Shown here: positions 14,150 to 26,698 of the stretch, in pieces
Layout of the letters: each line of letters starts with the position of its first letter
Position numbering within the stretch: position 1 is the first letter of the stretch
Assembly (NCBI GenBank): GCA_001938485.1
Contig: MQRK01244371.1
Span: 1-64,000 of the forward strand
Direction of reading: 5' to 3'
Length of the DNA: 64,000 nucleotides
Source: Girardia tigrina
Taxonomy: Eukaryota
Position numbers and translations under genes: made by a program
Notes under the pieces: generated by a model
What the model saw: only the letters and a program-made list of their open reading frames with translations
What the model was told of the DNA's origin: nothing
The model's database searches: none

Positions 14150-14757
14150 TTCTAGATCGTCATTTATCTGCTAAATGAAAGACATGCAGTGGATATCTCA
14201 TCATATATTATCTATAATGTAGCAAATTTCAAAGCCTACTACTGAGGAAAACATGAGAACGACACTTTAATTACTTTTTTGCGGCCAAACTAAAGGCGGT
14301 AGATGAGCAGTGACAGTGAAAAAGTGTATTGTCACCTAGAATACAACTATCCTTAAAGTTTCATGTCGCTAGGTGAATGGGAAGTGGATGAATTTTCGAT
14401 CGCAAGATTTGATGCATCCAGACAGACAAACAAATGAAACGTAATAAAAGCTTGTAATAATAATAATTATTATNNNNNNNNNNNNNNNNNNNNNNNNNNN
14501 NNNNNNNNNNNNNNNNNNNNNNNNNNNNNNNNNNNNNNNNNNNNNNNNNNNNNNNNNNNNNNNNNNNNNNNNNNNNNNNNNNNNNNNNNNNNNNNNNNNN
14601 NNNNNNNNNNNNNNNNNNNNNNNNNNNNNNNNNNNNNNNNNNNACTCCTGAAAATTTCAAGTCACCAGCACAACGGGAAGTGGGTGAAATTTCGATCGCA
14701 AGATTTGATCCATACAGACAAACAAACAAACAAATGAAACGTAATAAAAGCTTGTAA
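14150..14757. repeat. Two similar copies of a DINE-1/HINE-like (Helentron-derived) end on either side of an N-gap
   Basis: TTTCGATCGCAAGATTTGAT..CAGACAAACAAATGAAACGTAATAAAAGCTTGTAA at about 14393-14457 and 14689-14757, with a GACA/CAAA microsatellite. The family call is an inference. Confidence 0.45.
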
Positions 14758-14759
14758 AA

Positions 14760-15375
14760 AGATATATGAAGAATATCTTAAAAGAAGAACGATCAGGAAG
14801 AAACACTGTATTAAAATATTTGATATAAAACGATTGAAATGGGCCAAAAAATATATAAATGTGCACCAGAATTTTTGGGATAAAGTTTTATGAACTGAGT
14901 CTAAGTTTAATCTAGGTCAAAGATAAAGTTTATATATTTTATTTAAAAATTAAGAATATTGTTGTTAAATCTTTTACAATTAAAGAATAATGCGGTAAAG
15001 AACAAAAATGACTTAAAAACCATCATTACTGATTGTTATGACAAATTCGAGCAAGATATTACTTATAAATTGATTCAATCAATGAACCGACGTTGCCCCG
15101 ATGTAATTAATCTTCAATTGGACCCACAAAGTATTAATCACTAATTTAATTACACCTTAAATGCTTTGGTGGCTTTACCTTTCGTAACTCGAATTTGTCA
15201 AATCAAACTTTACATTAAGTAATTCAGTATATGTAAATTGTTTTGTTTATTTGTATTTATATACATATTGTTTTTTGTTTTATATTTAGTTTTTATTTGC
15301 TGTACGACTAGATGTTAAATTAATTTTATCTTATTTATAATTCGTGAGTGGCAAAATAATAATTTTTGGTCACTG
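14760..15375 (+). mobile_element. Internally deleted Tc1-like remnant
   Basis: RLKWAKKYINVHQNFWDKVL*TESKFNL and C-terminal KLIQSMNRRCPDVI. Right end ...AATTTTTGGTCACTG resembles a Tc1 CAGTG terminus. Confidence 0.7.
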
Positions 15376-15969
15376 AATATACATATGTGTACAAAGATAA
15401 TAATCATTAAGACAAAAATATTATATTACAAAAATAATATATAATGTAAAAATAAAAAGACAACAATTTAATTTGTTTTATTTATAGTCTGGTAAATATT
15501 TATTATCTAAGAGATTCTTCTACAAATTGAGAAAAATTAAAATAATAAACATATAAATTATTTTTCAACTGATAAATACGATTTGTGTTGCAAGATTATC
15601 AAGTTTAAAACAATTTATCAAACCGACATGATATATTTATAATAAATCAAGAGACCTCAAAATACATCAAAAGTAAAATGTGTTAAATAAGAGTTTTGAA
15701 GAAGATTTTGGATGTAAAAGTAATGAAGAAATATAAGATAGAGTAAATGTATCTAAAATATTTTATTCTAAATAGAAACAAATCAGACAATTAAGTTGAA
15801 ATATAAACCCCTTCCAAACTTTTCATCAAAGTTAGCAATGAAAATACAGGATATCTATAAATTCTGGACTCAGGATAATTGTATATTTTGATTTATTACA
15901 TCGAATTCATGCAAATTTTGTGAAACACATTTACATTTTCATAGGAAAAAATAGAGATCATATTGACAT

Positions 15970-16487
15970 TGTTATTTAAATAAAAATAAATAGTGAAAAT
16001 AAGGCTTAATTAAATTACACACCAAAAATATACCGTGTTTATATTTTACGGACACCCACTAGATGGTGATCAACATGAAAGAAATGTGTTACGAAAGATT
16101 AAAATTTAATTCTTATGCTTCAGAATGTTGATTCTAAAAACTGTTGTATTTTCTTTATCTCAATAAAAGAAACCTAAACCTTTTCAAAAAATTTTATCTT
16201 TAAAATACTCATTATCCCTAAATTATAATTCTTTTATTTTCTTAAATGTCTCTGTAATCGCTCGGTGTTATTGTTATTTTTTTAATTTTCAGAAATAAGA
16301 ATTTTTGTTTTTAAAAATTTCGAATTATAATCGAAATTAATAACAAAATGGAAAATAGAATTAAAAAAAAGGAAATAAAAAAAATAAAAAATTGTTTAAA
16401 TAACAAATTTAATCTGTTGTAGTTAATAAATTTTGCAAGTCTTAATTTCTTTTTGATTTAGAATGGATGATAATTCCTAAACTAACA
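15970..16487 (+). mobile_element. Probable 5' LTR of the Gypsy element at 16-20.7 kb
   Basis: TGTTA...TAACA termini and the family motif CCCACTAGATGG (about 16056; cf. 788, 6213). Followed immediately by TGGTGGCAGC, which resembles a tRNA-Leu primer-binding site. Confidence 0.5.
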
Positions 16488-17474
16488 TGGTGGCAGCACT
16501 AGCGGATTCAATCACGAACCGACTGATTCCCGACATGTTCCAAATCAGAGAAGACCTAGAGAAATTTATTTCTCGCAGCAGAAGATATTTTGAAGCAACC
16601 GAAACTAATCAAAAGAAATAGCAAACATGTATTTACTCCATGATACATGAAGATCTCTTGGAAACATATGAGAACACAACTGGTAAAGCTGATAATTTTG
16701 AGGATCGGCTAAGACTAGCGTTTGAGAAGCCGAGAGCAGCCGCGACGGATTGGGAAAAACTGTTGATTTATCGCAGAGGTGCTGATAACGCGCAGACTTT
16801 TTTTCAAAAAAGTAGACCGGCTGGTAAAAAATGCGTTGTCGCATAGACTCAAGGAAGAAAAGCCGAAAGCTCAAATGTTAATTCATTGCATCGATGATGA
16901 AGATGTTGTTCGTGAAATTAAATTACGGAAATTAAAGAGTGTTAAGGAAATATCTGAGTTCGTAGCAATCGTATACGAAATAAACCACGAAAAGAAGAGC
17001 AGAATCAATGCTTTCCGAAGTTATCGAGATGTTGTTCAAAACAGCAGGGTTCCTGATGTAACTAAAAAATGGGTAAATCAGACTCAGTCGGGAAAACAAC
17101 TCCTAAGAGAGGAATCAACCGAGTCCAAATGTTATACTTGTCATCAACGAGGACATTTCAGCAGAAATTGCCAACAAAGAAGACCTGTGCAGTGTTGGAA
17201 TTATATAGAGACTGGGCACATCAGTCGAAACTGTCCTAACAGACAGCCATTGGTTTGTTTCTTGTGCGGGAAGAAGGGACATAGGCGCATTCAATGTCCA
17301 GAGATACGCTGTGAAAAATGTGGCCGGAATGGACATCTAGCAGCGGCATGTTTAGTGAACTCTAGCAGACAGAATAATGCTTGCGACAATGGAAGATCGA
17401 GAATGCAGTACAATGATAGGAAATTTAAAATCAACACAATGAACGAAGATGAAGAACGCACATTTAATGATAAT
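16463..17474 (+). pseudogene. gag: Gypsy gag with multiple CCHC zinc knuckles, disrupted
   Basis: IPDMFQIREDLEKFISRSRRYF. Four knuckles: CYTCHQRGHFSRNC, CWNYIETGHISRNC (degenerate), CFLCGKKGHRRIQC, CEKCGRNGHLAAAC. In-frame stops and one frameshift. Confidence 0.9.
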
Positions 17475-17972
17475 TGTAAAAGAGCTAACTGAAAACGTGT
17501 TTCAGTGAACTCCTTTAACGTAACAAAAAAAAAGATAAATATGTAAAGAACTTTTATTTTACACAATATAAATAAACATATATAACAAAAAAATCACATA
17601 CGAGAGAGAGAATGGCATGGATAAATCTCGATTTCGATTAGTGTTTATTGTTCTAAGGTTTCAAAGGAACAATCTTCTGTTGTAACAATGTCGATGGAAA
17701 CGTCAGAGAATCATTTGGTTGCACAACGAGATTTTGAGGAAATAGATTTTATGAAGAGATGCACTTTCAGTAGGAATAGTGATAAATTGGTTTGCTGAAA
17801 ATTCCTTTACGAACCGATTTTACAGGAAAATGTTTTGTAGGTAATATAATATAGTTGTAATCCGTAAGATTAATCATTGTTTTTATCGATCCTCGTTTTA
17901 TATATATAATTATATATATATATATAATTTACTATATATAATTTATATATAATAATTAACTGGGTCACTACA
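17475..17972. mobile_element. Solo LTR (498 bp) of another family inserted into gag
   Basis: TGTA...TACA termini and 5-bp target-site duplication ATAAT (17470-17474, 17973-17977). A second copy is at about 25308-25700. Confidence 0.9.
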
Positions 17973-17999
17973 ATAATGAAGAAAAAACGATAAGACGTA

Positions 18000-19359
18000 C
18001 CCAAACGACTGGGCTCCGCCAATTGGGGAGTTGGTTGGAGCAGAATGCCATTGATCTTAGAAGATAATTCTCACGGATTCGGATGCGAGCTGGATGTGCG
18101 AATGATGAATAAGGTATATGGATTTGTGAAAAAGAATTTGGAGCAATTATTCTATATTAACGCGTTGATTGAGGATCAGAAATCAGAGATATGTTATAGT
18201 AAAATGCAGAGGCGTCCGAGCGTTACAGTGGAAATTCAGGGAAAACAGTGGAAGTGTTTGTTGGATACAGGAGCAGGTGTTAATGTTATGAGTAAGAAGT
18301 ATTATCAAGATTTGAATAATTTAGTGTTAGAAAAATGCGATATCAATTTGAGAGGTGCCAACGATGGAAAATTGAAAGTATTGGGTAAAATAGAGGTAGA
18401 AGTAGATATATGTCAGACAAGAAAAGCAGTACCATTTATCGTTGTGGAGAGTGTGGTTCCAGAACTGATAGGAGGCATAGTATTCATGAAAATTTTCGGT
18501 TATTCCATACAAAGGAACGAATCTCAAGACAATAATGTATCAAGGGAAGCACGTGGAAGTGTGTGCAAAATTGAGGCGAAATTCGGCAGGGTGATAAGGC
18601 CAGGAGAAAGATTAAAAAGAGCGTTAGATTGCATAGGTAAAGTAGATTCAAAACTGTTAGAGGTCATTCAGAAACAGGTTAAAGTATTCATGGCTGACAA
18701 ATGGGATATCGGATGTACCAGTCTAGCAAAACATCATATTAAGACGAATGGAGAGCCAATTAATTTAAAACCTTTTCGTCAACCAATGCATCTCGAAGAA
18801 AAAATCATGGAGACTATAAAAAAATTGTATGATAATAATATCATTCGGAAGTGTAATTCACCTTGGAACACACCATTAATTTGTGTGTGGAAAAAAGAGA
18901 AGAAAGATATTCGTATCTGTTTGGATTTTAGGCGTTTAAATGCAATAATGGAGAGACAAGCTTTTCCAATGCCTAATGTTGATGAGATGTTGGATGCTTT
19001 AGGAGGTGCAAAGTATTTTAGCTCGATTGACCTTGGAAATGCTTATTATCAGGTTGAGCTGGACGAAAAATCTTATGAGAAAACGGCCTTTTCTACAAAG
19101 CAAGGACAGTATTGTTTTACTCGTATGCCGTTTGGTATAGCGGCTGCGCCGGGAACTTTCCAAGAGATGATGACAAAGGTAGTCGGAGGAATCAAGGGTG
19201 CCACTGTATACTTAGATGATATCTTGGTGTACATAAAAGATCAAAAACACTATATTGTTTTGAATCAAGTTTTAGATAATATTAGGAAAGCAGGATTGCG
19301 GGTGAACCCAGAAAAAATGTCAATTGTTGAAACGGGAAATCAAATACCTTGGACATATA
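18000..19359 (+). pseudogene. pol: Gypsy pol: aspartic protease and reverse transcriptase
   Basis: LLDTGAGVNVM, SPWNTPLICVWKK, RICLDFRRLN, FSSIDLGNAYYQ, MPFGIAAAPGTFQ, VYLDDILV. Frameshift near 19317. Confidence 0.96.
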
Positions 19360-20219
19360 CAGGGTACGGCAGCTATTTGAGAACACGTAATATAGACACC
19401 ATATCTTTTTGTGTGTTATAATTACATAATTTTATTTTTGCTGGTAGACATGGCAGAAGCTACTCTTACGAANNNNNNNNNNNNNNNNNNNNNNNNNNNN
19501 NNNNNNNNNNNNNNNNNNNNNNNNNNNNNNNNNNNNNNNNNNNNNNNNNNNNNNNNNNNNNNNNNNNNNNNNNNNNNNNNNNNNNNNNNNNNNNNNNNNN
19601 NNNNNNNNNNNNNNNNNNNNNNNNNNNNNNNNNNNNNNNNNNNNNNNNNNNNNNNNNNNNNNNNNNNNNNNNNNNNNNNNNNNNNNNNNNNNNNNNNNNN
19701 NNNNNNNNNNNNNNNNNNNNNNNNNNNNNNNNNNNNNNNNNNNNNNNNNNNNNNNNNNNNNNNNNNNNNNNNNNNNNNNNNNNNNNNNNNNNNNNNNNNN
19801 NNNNNNNNNNNNNNNNNNNNNNNNNNNNNNNNNNNNNNNNNNNNNNNNNNNNNNNNNNNNNNNNNNNNNNNNNNNNNNNNNNNNNNNNNNNNNNNNNNNN
19901 NNNNNNNNNNNNNNNNNNNNNNNNNNNNNNNNNNNNNNNNNNNNNNNNNNNNNNNNNNNNNNNNNNNNNNNNNNNNNNNNNNNNNNNNNNNNNNNNNNNN
20001 NNNNNNNNNNNNNNNNNNNNNNNNNNNNNNNNNNNNNNNNNNNNNNNNNNNNNNNNNNNNNNNNNNNNNNNNNNNNNNNNNNNNNNNNNNNNNNNNNNNN
20101 NNNNNNNNGTACGTGTTAATATATGTAAAATTTTAAATTGTAATAAATGTTATTTTTCTGTTGTATATTCATTTTTTGAACTTTATGTCATTTTGTTCTC
20201 AAATAGCTGCCGCACCCTG
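19360..20219. mobile_element. Tc1/mariner-type element (interior mostly N-gap) inserted in the RT
   Basis: 26-bp TIR CAGGGT(A/G)CGGCAGCTATTTGAGAACA, with TA duplicated on both sides. Removing it restores YLGHI|VNKDGVKTDPSKI. Confidence 0.92.
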
Positions 20220-20660
20220 TAGTTAACAAAGACGGTGTTAAAACGGACCCGTCTAAGATTGAAGCAATAAGAACGTTTGGGAAGCCAAAGTGTGTAAAAA
20301 AACTTACGCAGTGTTTTGGGCATTTGTTCTATTCTCGATGATTTATAAAAGAGTATGCAAAGAAAGCCAGAGTATTAGAACAATTGTGCGGATCTATTAA
20401 CAATAAAAAACTGAATTGGACAAGCGAGCTAGAGTTAGCATTCGAAGAGATGAAGAATGCATTAATTACAAACCCGGTATTGTGTTTTCCAGACATGAAA
20501 AGAGATTTTATTCTAGATACGGATGCTAGTTTCGACACCATTGAAGCCGTGTTAGCATAGAAGGACGATCAAGGAAAGAAAGAGTTGTAGCTTATGGGTC
20601 GCGATCAATGAATAGCCACAAGAAGGGCTATTGCATTACAAGAAAAGAATTGCTTAAAAG
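20220..20660 (+). pseudogene. pol: Continuation of Gypsy pol (RT thumb and start of RNase H), truncated
   Basis: DGVKTDPSKIEAI, AFEEMKNALITNPVLCFPD, FILDTDASFDTI, YCITRKELL. Confidence 0.92.
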
Positions 20661-21320
20661 TAACAAATGATAGAAGAAGGTCCATGCAATGAATGTCAGT
20701 AAAAACATTTTTTTAAAGAAAACACAATCGATTTTAAGAAAATAAATTATTCGATTCGCTTATTTAACATGAATGTTACATCTAACTCCCATTCAGATAC
20801 ACATATGTCAAAAAGAAGCATTTTCAAAGAACACACAAATAAAACTTGAGCCGTCGAAAATAATCTTTTCAAAAGTTTGCAAATAGAACAAATCAAATCC
20901 GCAATTCAGTTGTATATTCGGAATAACAGTCGCATTGCTCCATTGACGGATGATGAAACAGAATGCTTTTCGAAATTACTTCCCCGATTAATTATTTTTT
21001 AATTTACTCTTTAACTGTGACTAACATTACTTCGGTAAATTCGAAAATAAGACCATAAAATATCGATTAACATAAATTAATAAAGTCATAACTTGATAGA
21101 TGTTACTGTATAAGATTGCAAGTAAAAGAAAACATGAAAATGTAAGATTTTTAGAAAGAAATTGTTAATATTAATATTTTCCATTTAATTAGTTTAATAT
21201 AATTGAAAATGAGCTAGTCTAATTCAATGTGTGACTTCCTTTTCTTTGTAATTACTTTACTTCGCATACGATTGAATGAAAGTCGAATAATAATAAATCA
21301 AGAGTGTATTTAAGTATTAA

Positions 21321-21543
21321 CCCTTTCCAGCCAATTGTTGCCATATGGTAACATATTTGAAAAATTAAATCACAGTTATATCTTTTACCCAATTTAAATT
21401 TTACACATAGTAATAGATTCTAAAAAGTCTAATAGATGACACTACATATATTAGAATGCAAAAAAGCGCGATTCTCACTTGTTTCTAGAAACAAAACAAC
21501 AATAAAATTTTTTTTTCAAAAATAATAATTGGGATAGAAAGGG
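21321..21543. mobile_element. piggyBac-type MITE (223 bp)
   Basis: TTAA|CCCTTTCCAGCCAATT ... AATTGGGATAGAAAGGG|TTAA, with imperfect TIRs. Confidence 0.7.
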
Positions 21544-21901
21544 TTAAAAACATGAATTTTCTCCATTCCTTTGATAAAATATGAAGAATTTTCCTTATAG
21601 AAAATTATTCCTTTCGGAGTACGAGAATAATTATAAAAATTAAAAGTTTACATAATATCATTAAACATAATACATGTTATTATGTGGTCATTAAAATAGC
21701 TGAAAGATAATACAATAATAATAATATGTACTAATTGATATATTAACATATTATCCAATGCTGATTAAATAAAGACAAAACTGATTAGTTTAATAGATTA
21801 AATAACTAAGCCAGCCTATAGTACTTAAAAGATTATAAAATGTTAAGATTTGGTTATTATTATGTACAAGTTAATTTTCAAATAAAAACAGTTTTTTGTT
21901 T

Positions 21902-22180
21902 AGATAAATAATTTTAGTATCAACGAATTGTTTTTAATTGATACATTTATCTTTGATAATCGAATACCAAATAACAGTGGTGTTCACTTACCTTTTGAAA
22001 GATACTTGATGAGGTTTGATCTTTATCGGCTGTGCAGCTGAACTATTAGTGAAAATTTATAAATATCAGATACGTTCCGGATTATTTAGTGTTTAATATG
22101 AACGAATTGTTTATAATCAGAGGTGTTCAACACTTCGATCGAGAAGAATATTTTAGTGAAATATGATAATGTTTTAAATA
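21902..22180 (+). repeat. Dispersed ~280-bp repeat, copy 1
   Basis: Near-identical direct copy at 49236-49514. Confidence 0.92.
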
Positions 22181-23131
22181 ACTTTGAAAATATTTTTCAT
22201 ATTTTCCATGAATATACACCGGAAAAATTAAAATTATTTTCTCTTTCGAACATAAGTATCTTGCCAGAAACACATTTTTTCTCATTAAAATTTTTTTAAT
22301 TATAAATATTTTGTTAGATTTAAGTAAGTGGATGTTTGTGTTGTGGTAATGTCGTAGCTGTTATCTTAGACTGAAAATTATACTAAAAACAATAAAAGAT
22401 AAAAGGAAATAATGTTTGGGAACTGGGTATTAATTTAAAGTATGAAGAGTGGATGGATTTGGTAGGTTAAATAGATAAGGGTTATCTGATTGTGAAAACC
22501 GCAAATAAAGAACTATATAATCAATAATAAAAAAATATTAATTATTTTATATTAACTAAGTTTATTGCACAAGAATAATATATAAGTACTAGACAACTAA
22601 ATAATCAACGAGGTAGATAGTTCAAATAAATTTTGTGATAAATGTCTACACTTTGGATAGAATTTGTCGAGAAATATATTTTTTAAGTTTATAATTGATC
22701 TTCAGCTATCTTTATTCGCAAAATATAGGAAATAAAATGATAATCGAATTGTATCAGTAACTTTGTATGGGTAATGGGATGTATCAAAATTATTGGGTTG
22801 ATAATAAAGAGATAAATCGAATAGTTATCTTCAAATATCTGATCGGCAATTGCAGATAAAATATAGAGTAATTTTACCTGATACTGGGTATGTTCAATTG
22901 ACGATCAACTATAAATTAGAATATTATTTGAGAAAATTGGAGAGATACCAAAAAAAAAATAGAGTTCATGGCTTCATCAAATATCATTTCGCATTTGTTC
23001 ATTGATTTTTTATTTGTAATTTGTTTTTAGATATCGTGATACTTAATATGTTATCGTTTTAAATTTTCTTTTTTTTATAAATTTCCAAAATGTTTACTAA
23101 CATATAAGATTCGATATAAAATTTGAAATTT

Positions 23132-23758
23132 TGTGGCTACAGATTTTTTTTCATTTCATAACGAATTTTATCTTCAAAAATTTTTTAGCAAATGATAAAT
23201 CTTGAACATTTAGATTTAATAAAAACGACATATTGTATATGGACCAGATATATAAAATTTTTCATTACGAAAAATTCCGTTTGCTAACTAAAAAAATAAT
23301 CCTTTGTAAAAACGGAAATATATTCCAATAACGAAAAAAAATATTTTTGTTTGAATATTCATTAATTGAATTTCTAAAGAATCGAATTCGTGATTCAATT
23401 TTCGGATTGTTTACAATGACAACTTCTTCGGACAATTTATCCATCATGATCTACTCAGACGCGTCGATGCTTGGATAAATGATGAAAGCGTTTTTCGCAA
23501 TTTGCAAATTGTAAGAAACGGGAATCATTATCAACGAATTTTGTCAATCCTGTGATACGTCAGAAAAATTAAATATTGTCTAACAACGTTTTTTTTAATC
23601 GATTGAATGAATAAATCGATTAGTTTTAGCAAATTCAATTTCGATTTTTGTTTTTAATATAAATGACGGTTAATTGTGTGATTTGACAAACGATTTTATC
23701 GAAGTATTTTCGTTTGGAGAAATTATCGATTATATTTTCCTCCAACTGAGGCATCACA
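23132..23758 (-). mobile_element. 3' LTR (627 bp) of a minus-strand Gypsy element
   Basis: TGTG...CACA termini. Preceded on the minus strand by the PPT-like AGGGGGG (about 23765-23771). The segment 23132-23360 is repeated at 25089-25300. Confidence 0.85.
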
Positions 23759-25088
23759 ATCAGACCCCCCTGCGAAAGCAGAACTGCCTAACAAGCAAGA
23801 AAAAAAATCAGCGGAGTTTGCAATTGCGTAAATTATGAGTTTTTAAATTTCCATTCACATTTGCAGTGACTGTTGTCATTCAAATATTTGATTGGATATG
23901 GCCCTTTGAATTTATGGTCAAAATTTCTGGCTAGTTGATTTTTAATAAAGCAATGACTGAATTTTAACGTTTCTTTATTTTTACGATCAGCTGGAAAATC
24001 CTTTTTTGGAAAAAGTTTGAAGTTGAATCTGGTATTCGTAAGTTTCTCGAAAGGAGATCTATTGTCGATCCAATTCGGTTTTACTCTAAGAGCTAAACAG
24101 GCTTCATCTAGAAAATCTAACCAATTTTCATTGTTACCTTTTGTCCTAAGTGTCTGTTTTAAATAACTATGAAACACCTCAACTTTTCCATTTGCTTGAG
24201 AGTTATATGGACAAGTTCGGATTCTTTTGATATTGTAATTCTTACAAAGGTTTTTAAATTGATCACATTCAAATTGACGGCCTTGGTCGGTCGTGATTAC
24301 TTTTGGTGGACCGTATCGTGCAATCCACTCTTTCTCAAAAGATTGACAAATGGCATTTGTAGATATTTCCTTCATCGGGATAACTTCGAACCAGTTGGTT
24401 TTTCTGTCAACTATACTTAACAGATACTATAATTTTTATTGACAGACAAAGGTCCTGAAATATCCATGTGGATATGTTCTAGTTTATCCATTTCGATGAA
24501 ATGACTTGATAATACTTTGTGTTTTTTAGTTTGTTTTGATAAATTACAATTTAAACAATTGTCTACCCATTTCTTTATGTCTTTTCTAATGCATTTCCAG
24601 CAAACATGTTGTTTTAATATTTGATAGGTACATTTAGAACCATAGTGTCCGAAATCATGCATGGTCTTTAAACAATCTTTTCTAAGGTCAGCGGGTATTA
24701 AAGGTCTTGGATTCCCCGATATAGATAAATCATACCAAACATCTTTATATTTTCGCAAACGTAAAGAAGTATTCGCACATTCATTGACGGTATCTTGTTG
24801 TTTACCTATTAAATCTCCGATATTCCAATATTTTACGCAACTGATTTGGTTTAAAACCGATCTAGATAAATAATCAGCTACAATATTAGTACTCCCTGAT
24901 ATATGTTGTATGTTACATGAAAATTGTGACAAAAAACAAGTCTGAGTTAATTGCCTCGGACTAGGATTGACTAATTTAAGCGCATTAAATAAAGGTGTAT
25001 GGTCCGTTTTTATTATGAAACTTTTATTTTCTAACAAATATTGCAAATGTTTCACAGCGCGATACATGGCTAAAATTTCCTTGTCAAA
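23759..25088 (-). pseudogene. pol: Gypsy pol fragment (RNase H-integrase)
   Basis: FDKEILAMYRAVKH, IKTDHTPL, HISGSTNIVADYLSR, HDFGHYG..CLNC, IHMDISGPL, ITTDQGRQF, QANGKVEVFH, FKGPY. Confidence 0.95.
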
Positions 25089-25300
25089 TGTGGCTACGGA
25101 ATTTTTTTCATTTCATAACGAATTTTATCTTCAAAAAATTTTTAGCAAATGATAAATCTTGAACATTTAGATTTTCTAAAAACGACATATTGCATTTGGA
25201 CCAGATATATAAAATTTTTCATTACGAAAACTAAAAAAAATTAATCTTTTGTAAAAACGGAAATATATTCCGATAACGAAAAAAATATTTTTGTTTGAAT
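25089..25300 (-). mobile_element. Partial second copy of the 23132 LTR abutting RNase H
   Basis: Direct repeat beginning TGTGGCTAC. Confidence 0.85.
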
Positions 25301-25307
25301 TCATAAA

Positions 25308-25700
25308 TAAAGAGCTAACTGAAAACGTGTTTCAGTGAACTCCTTTAACGTAAAAAAATAAAGATAAATATAAAACTTTTATTTTTATACAATATAAATA
25401 AAGATATATAACAAAAAAATCACATACGAGAGAGAGAGATAAATCTCGATTTCAATTTGTGTTTGTTGTTCAAAGGTTTCAAGGATCTTCTGTTGTAACA
25501 ATATCGATGGAAACGTCAGAGAATTATTCGATTCCACAACGAGATTTTGAGGAAATAGATTTTATGAAGAGATGTACTTTCAGTGGGAATATTGATAAAT
25601 TGGTTTGCAGAAAATTCCTTTACGAACCGATTTTACAAGAAAACGCCCCGCAGGCAATATAGTATAGTTGTAAACAGTAATATTAATGATTGTTTTTATA
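25308..25700. mobile_element. Partial second copy of the solo LTR at 17475
   Basis: AAAGAGCTAACTGAAAACGTGTTTCAGTGAACTCC... is colinear with about 17479-17880. Confidence 0.9.
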
Positions 25701-26452
25701 CATATAATTTTTAATAGTTTGCACATTTATATTTTTCATGGTCATTTGTTGTCATATTTAGAGTCCTATATTTATATATAGTCATATTTATATATAGTCT
25801 TTAATTTTTATCTAAAACAGCATACTATGGTTTTTCACCATATGGTTCTACAAAATAATATTTTAATTATAATATTGCGCAGATGAAGAAAGGTTGAAGA
25901 GTGATAGTTGGAACAAATAAGACTTTGAATTTATAATTTTTTGAATATTTCTCTCAAATTTTAAAAATTTTGTTATTGAACAAATATTATGTTATTTAAC
26001 AAAATATTTTATTAGTTTAACTTAAAAATGAAAAAATAATTTATTATATACGATTCATATGTACATTATACTACAAGCGATCTGTTGTATATGTACCTGA
26101 ATTCTTTATCAATCTTTTTTGATTTTGCTTTTGTCGGTCATTAAACATTTTTTGTTTAAAACAAAAACTTTAAATCCGTTGAATCAATTATCAAAGATAA
26201 TTATGTTAAAGTATAATGAAATTCGTGTCAAATCTTGAAACGATGATGAAAGTTCAATTTAGTATTGCAATTTATTTGTCTGCAATTGAAAAGTACTGAT
26301 AATATGGTACTAGGAATTTCAACCAACCAAAGAAATATATTCTCCTAAGGATGTACGTCAGTCTTGTGTTAAACAACAAAGAATTGATTTATTTAAACTG
26401 CTTTTGTTTAGAGCTACCTCGGTAAATAAAAAGATAGCTAAAATAAGTTTAA

Positions 26453-26698
26453 CCCATTAAGTATCAGATTTTTTTTCCTAAAATTTTGAATAAAATTAAC
26501 TTATTGTGATGAATTATGATGAAAAATGACTCAATATCTCCTCATATAATTTTCGGAGTTGAAAGATAACACGTGAGGCAATAGGATGGCATGCTTACTA
26601 GTAGATAATGACTAAACTTCCTGTAAACTCATATGCAATATCAGAAAAATTAATAAAAATTGACTGATCTCAATTTGGGGCCTAGTGTACTTAATGGG
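26453..26698. mobile_element. piggyBac-type MITE (246 bp)
   Basis: TTAA|CCCATTAAGTA ... TACTTAATGGG|TTAA. Confidence 0.75.

Noticed and set aside
14340-14757. True tandem duplication across the gap
   Set aside because: May be two haplotypes or repeat copies joined by scaffolding; cannot be decided from the sequence.
19411-20136. ORFs in the track containing long X runs (also 14361, 28015, 38742, 60544-60874)
   Set aside because: Artefacts of N-gaps and (TA)n runs.
25459-25662. 67-aa ORF inside the LTR copy as a cargo gene
   Set aside because: The homologous copy at 17475 has in-frame stops and indels in this frame.
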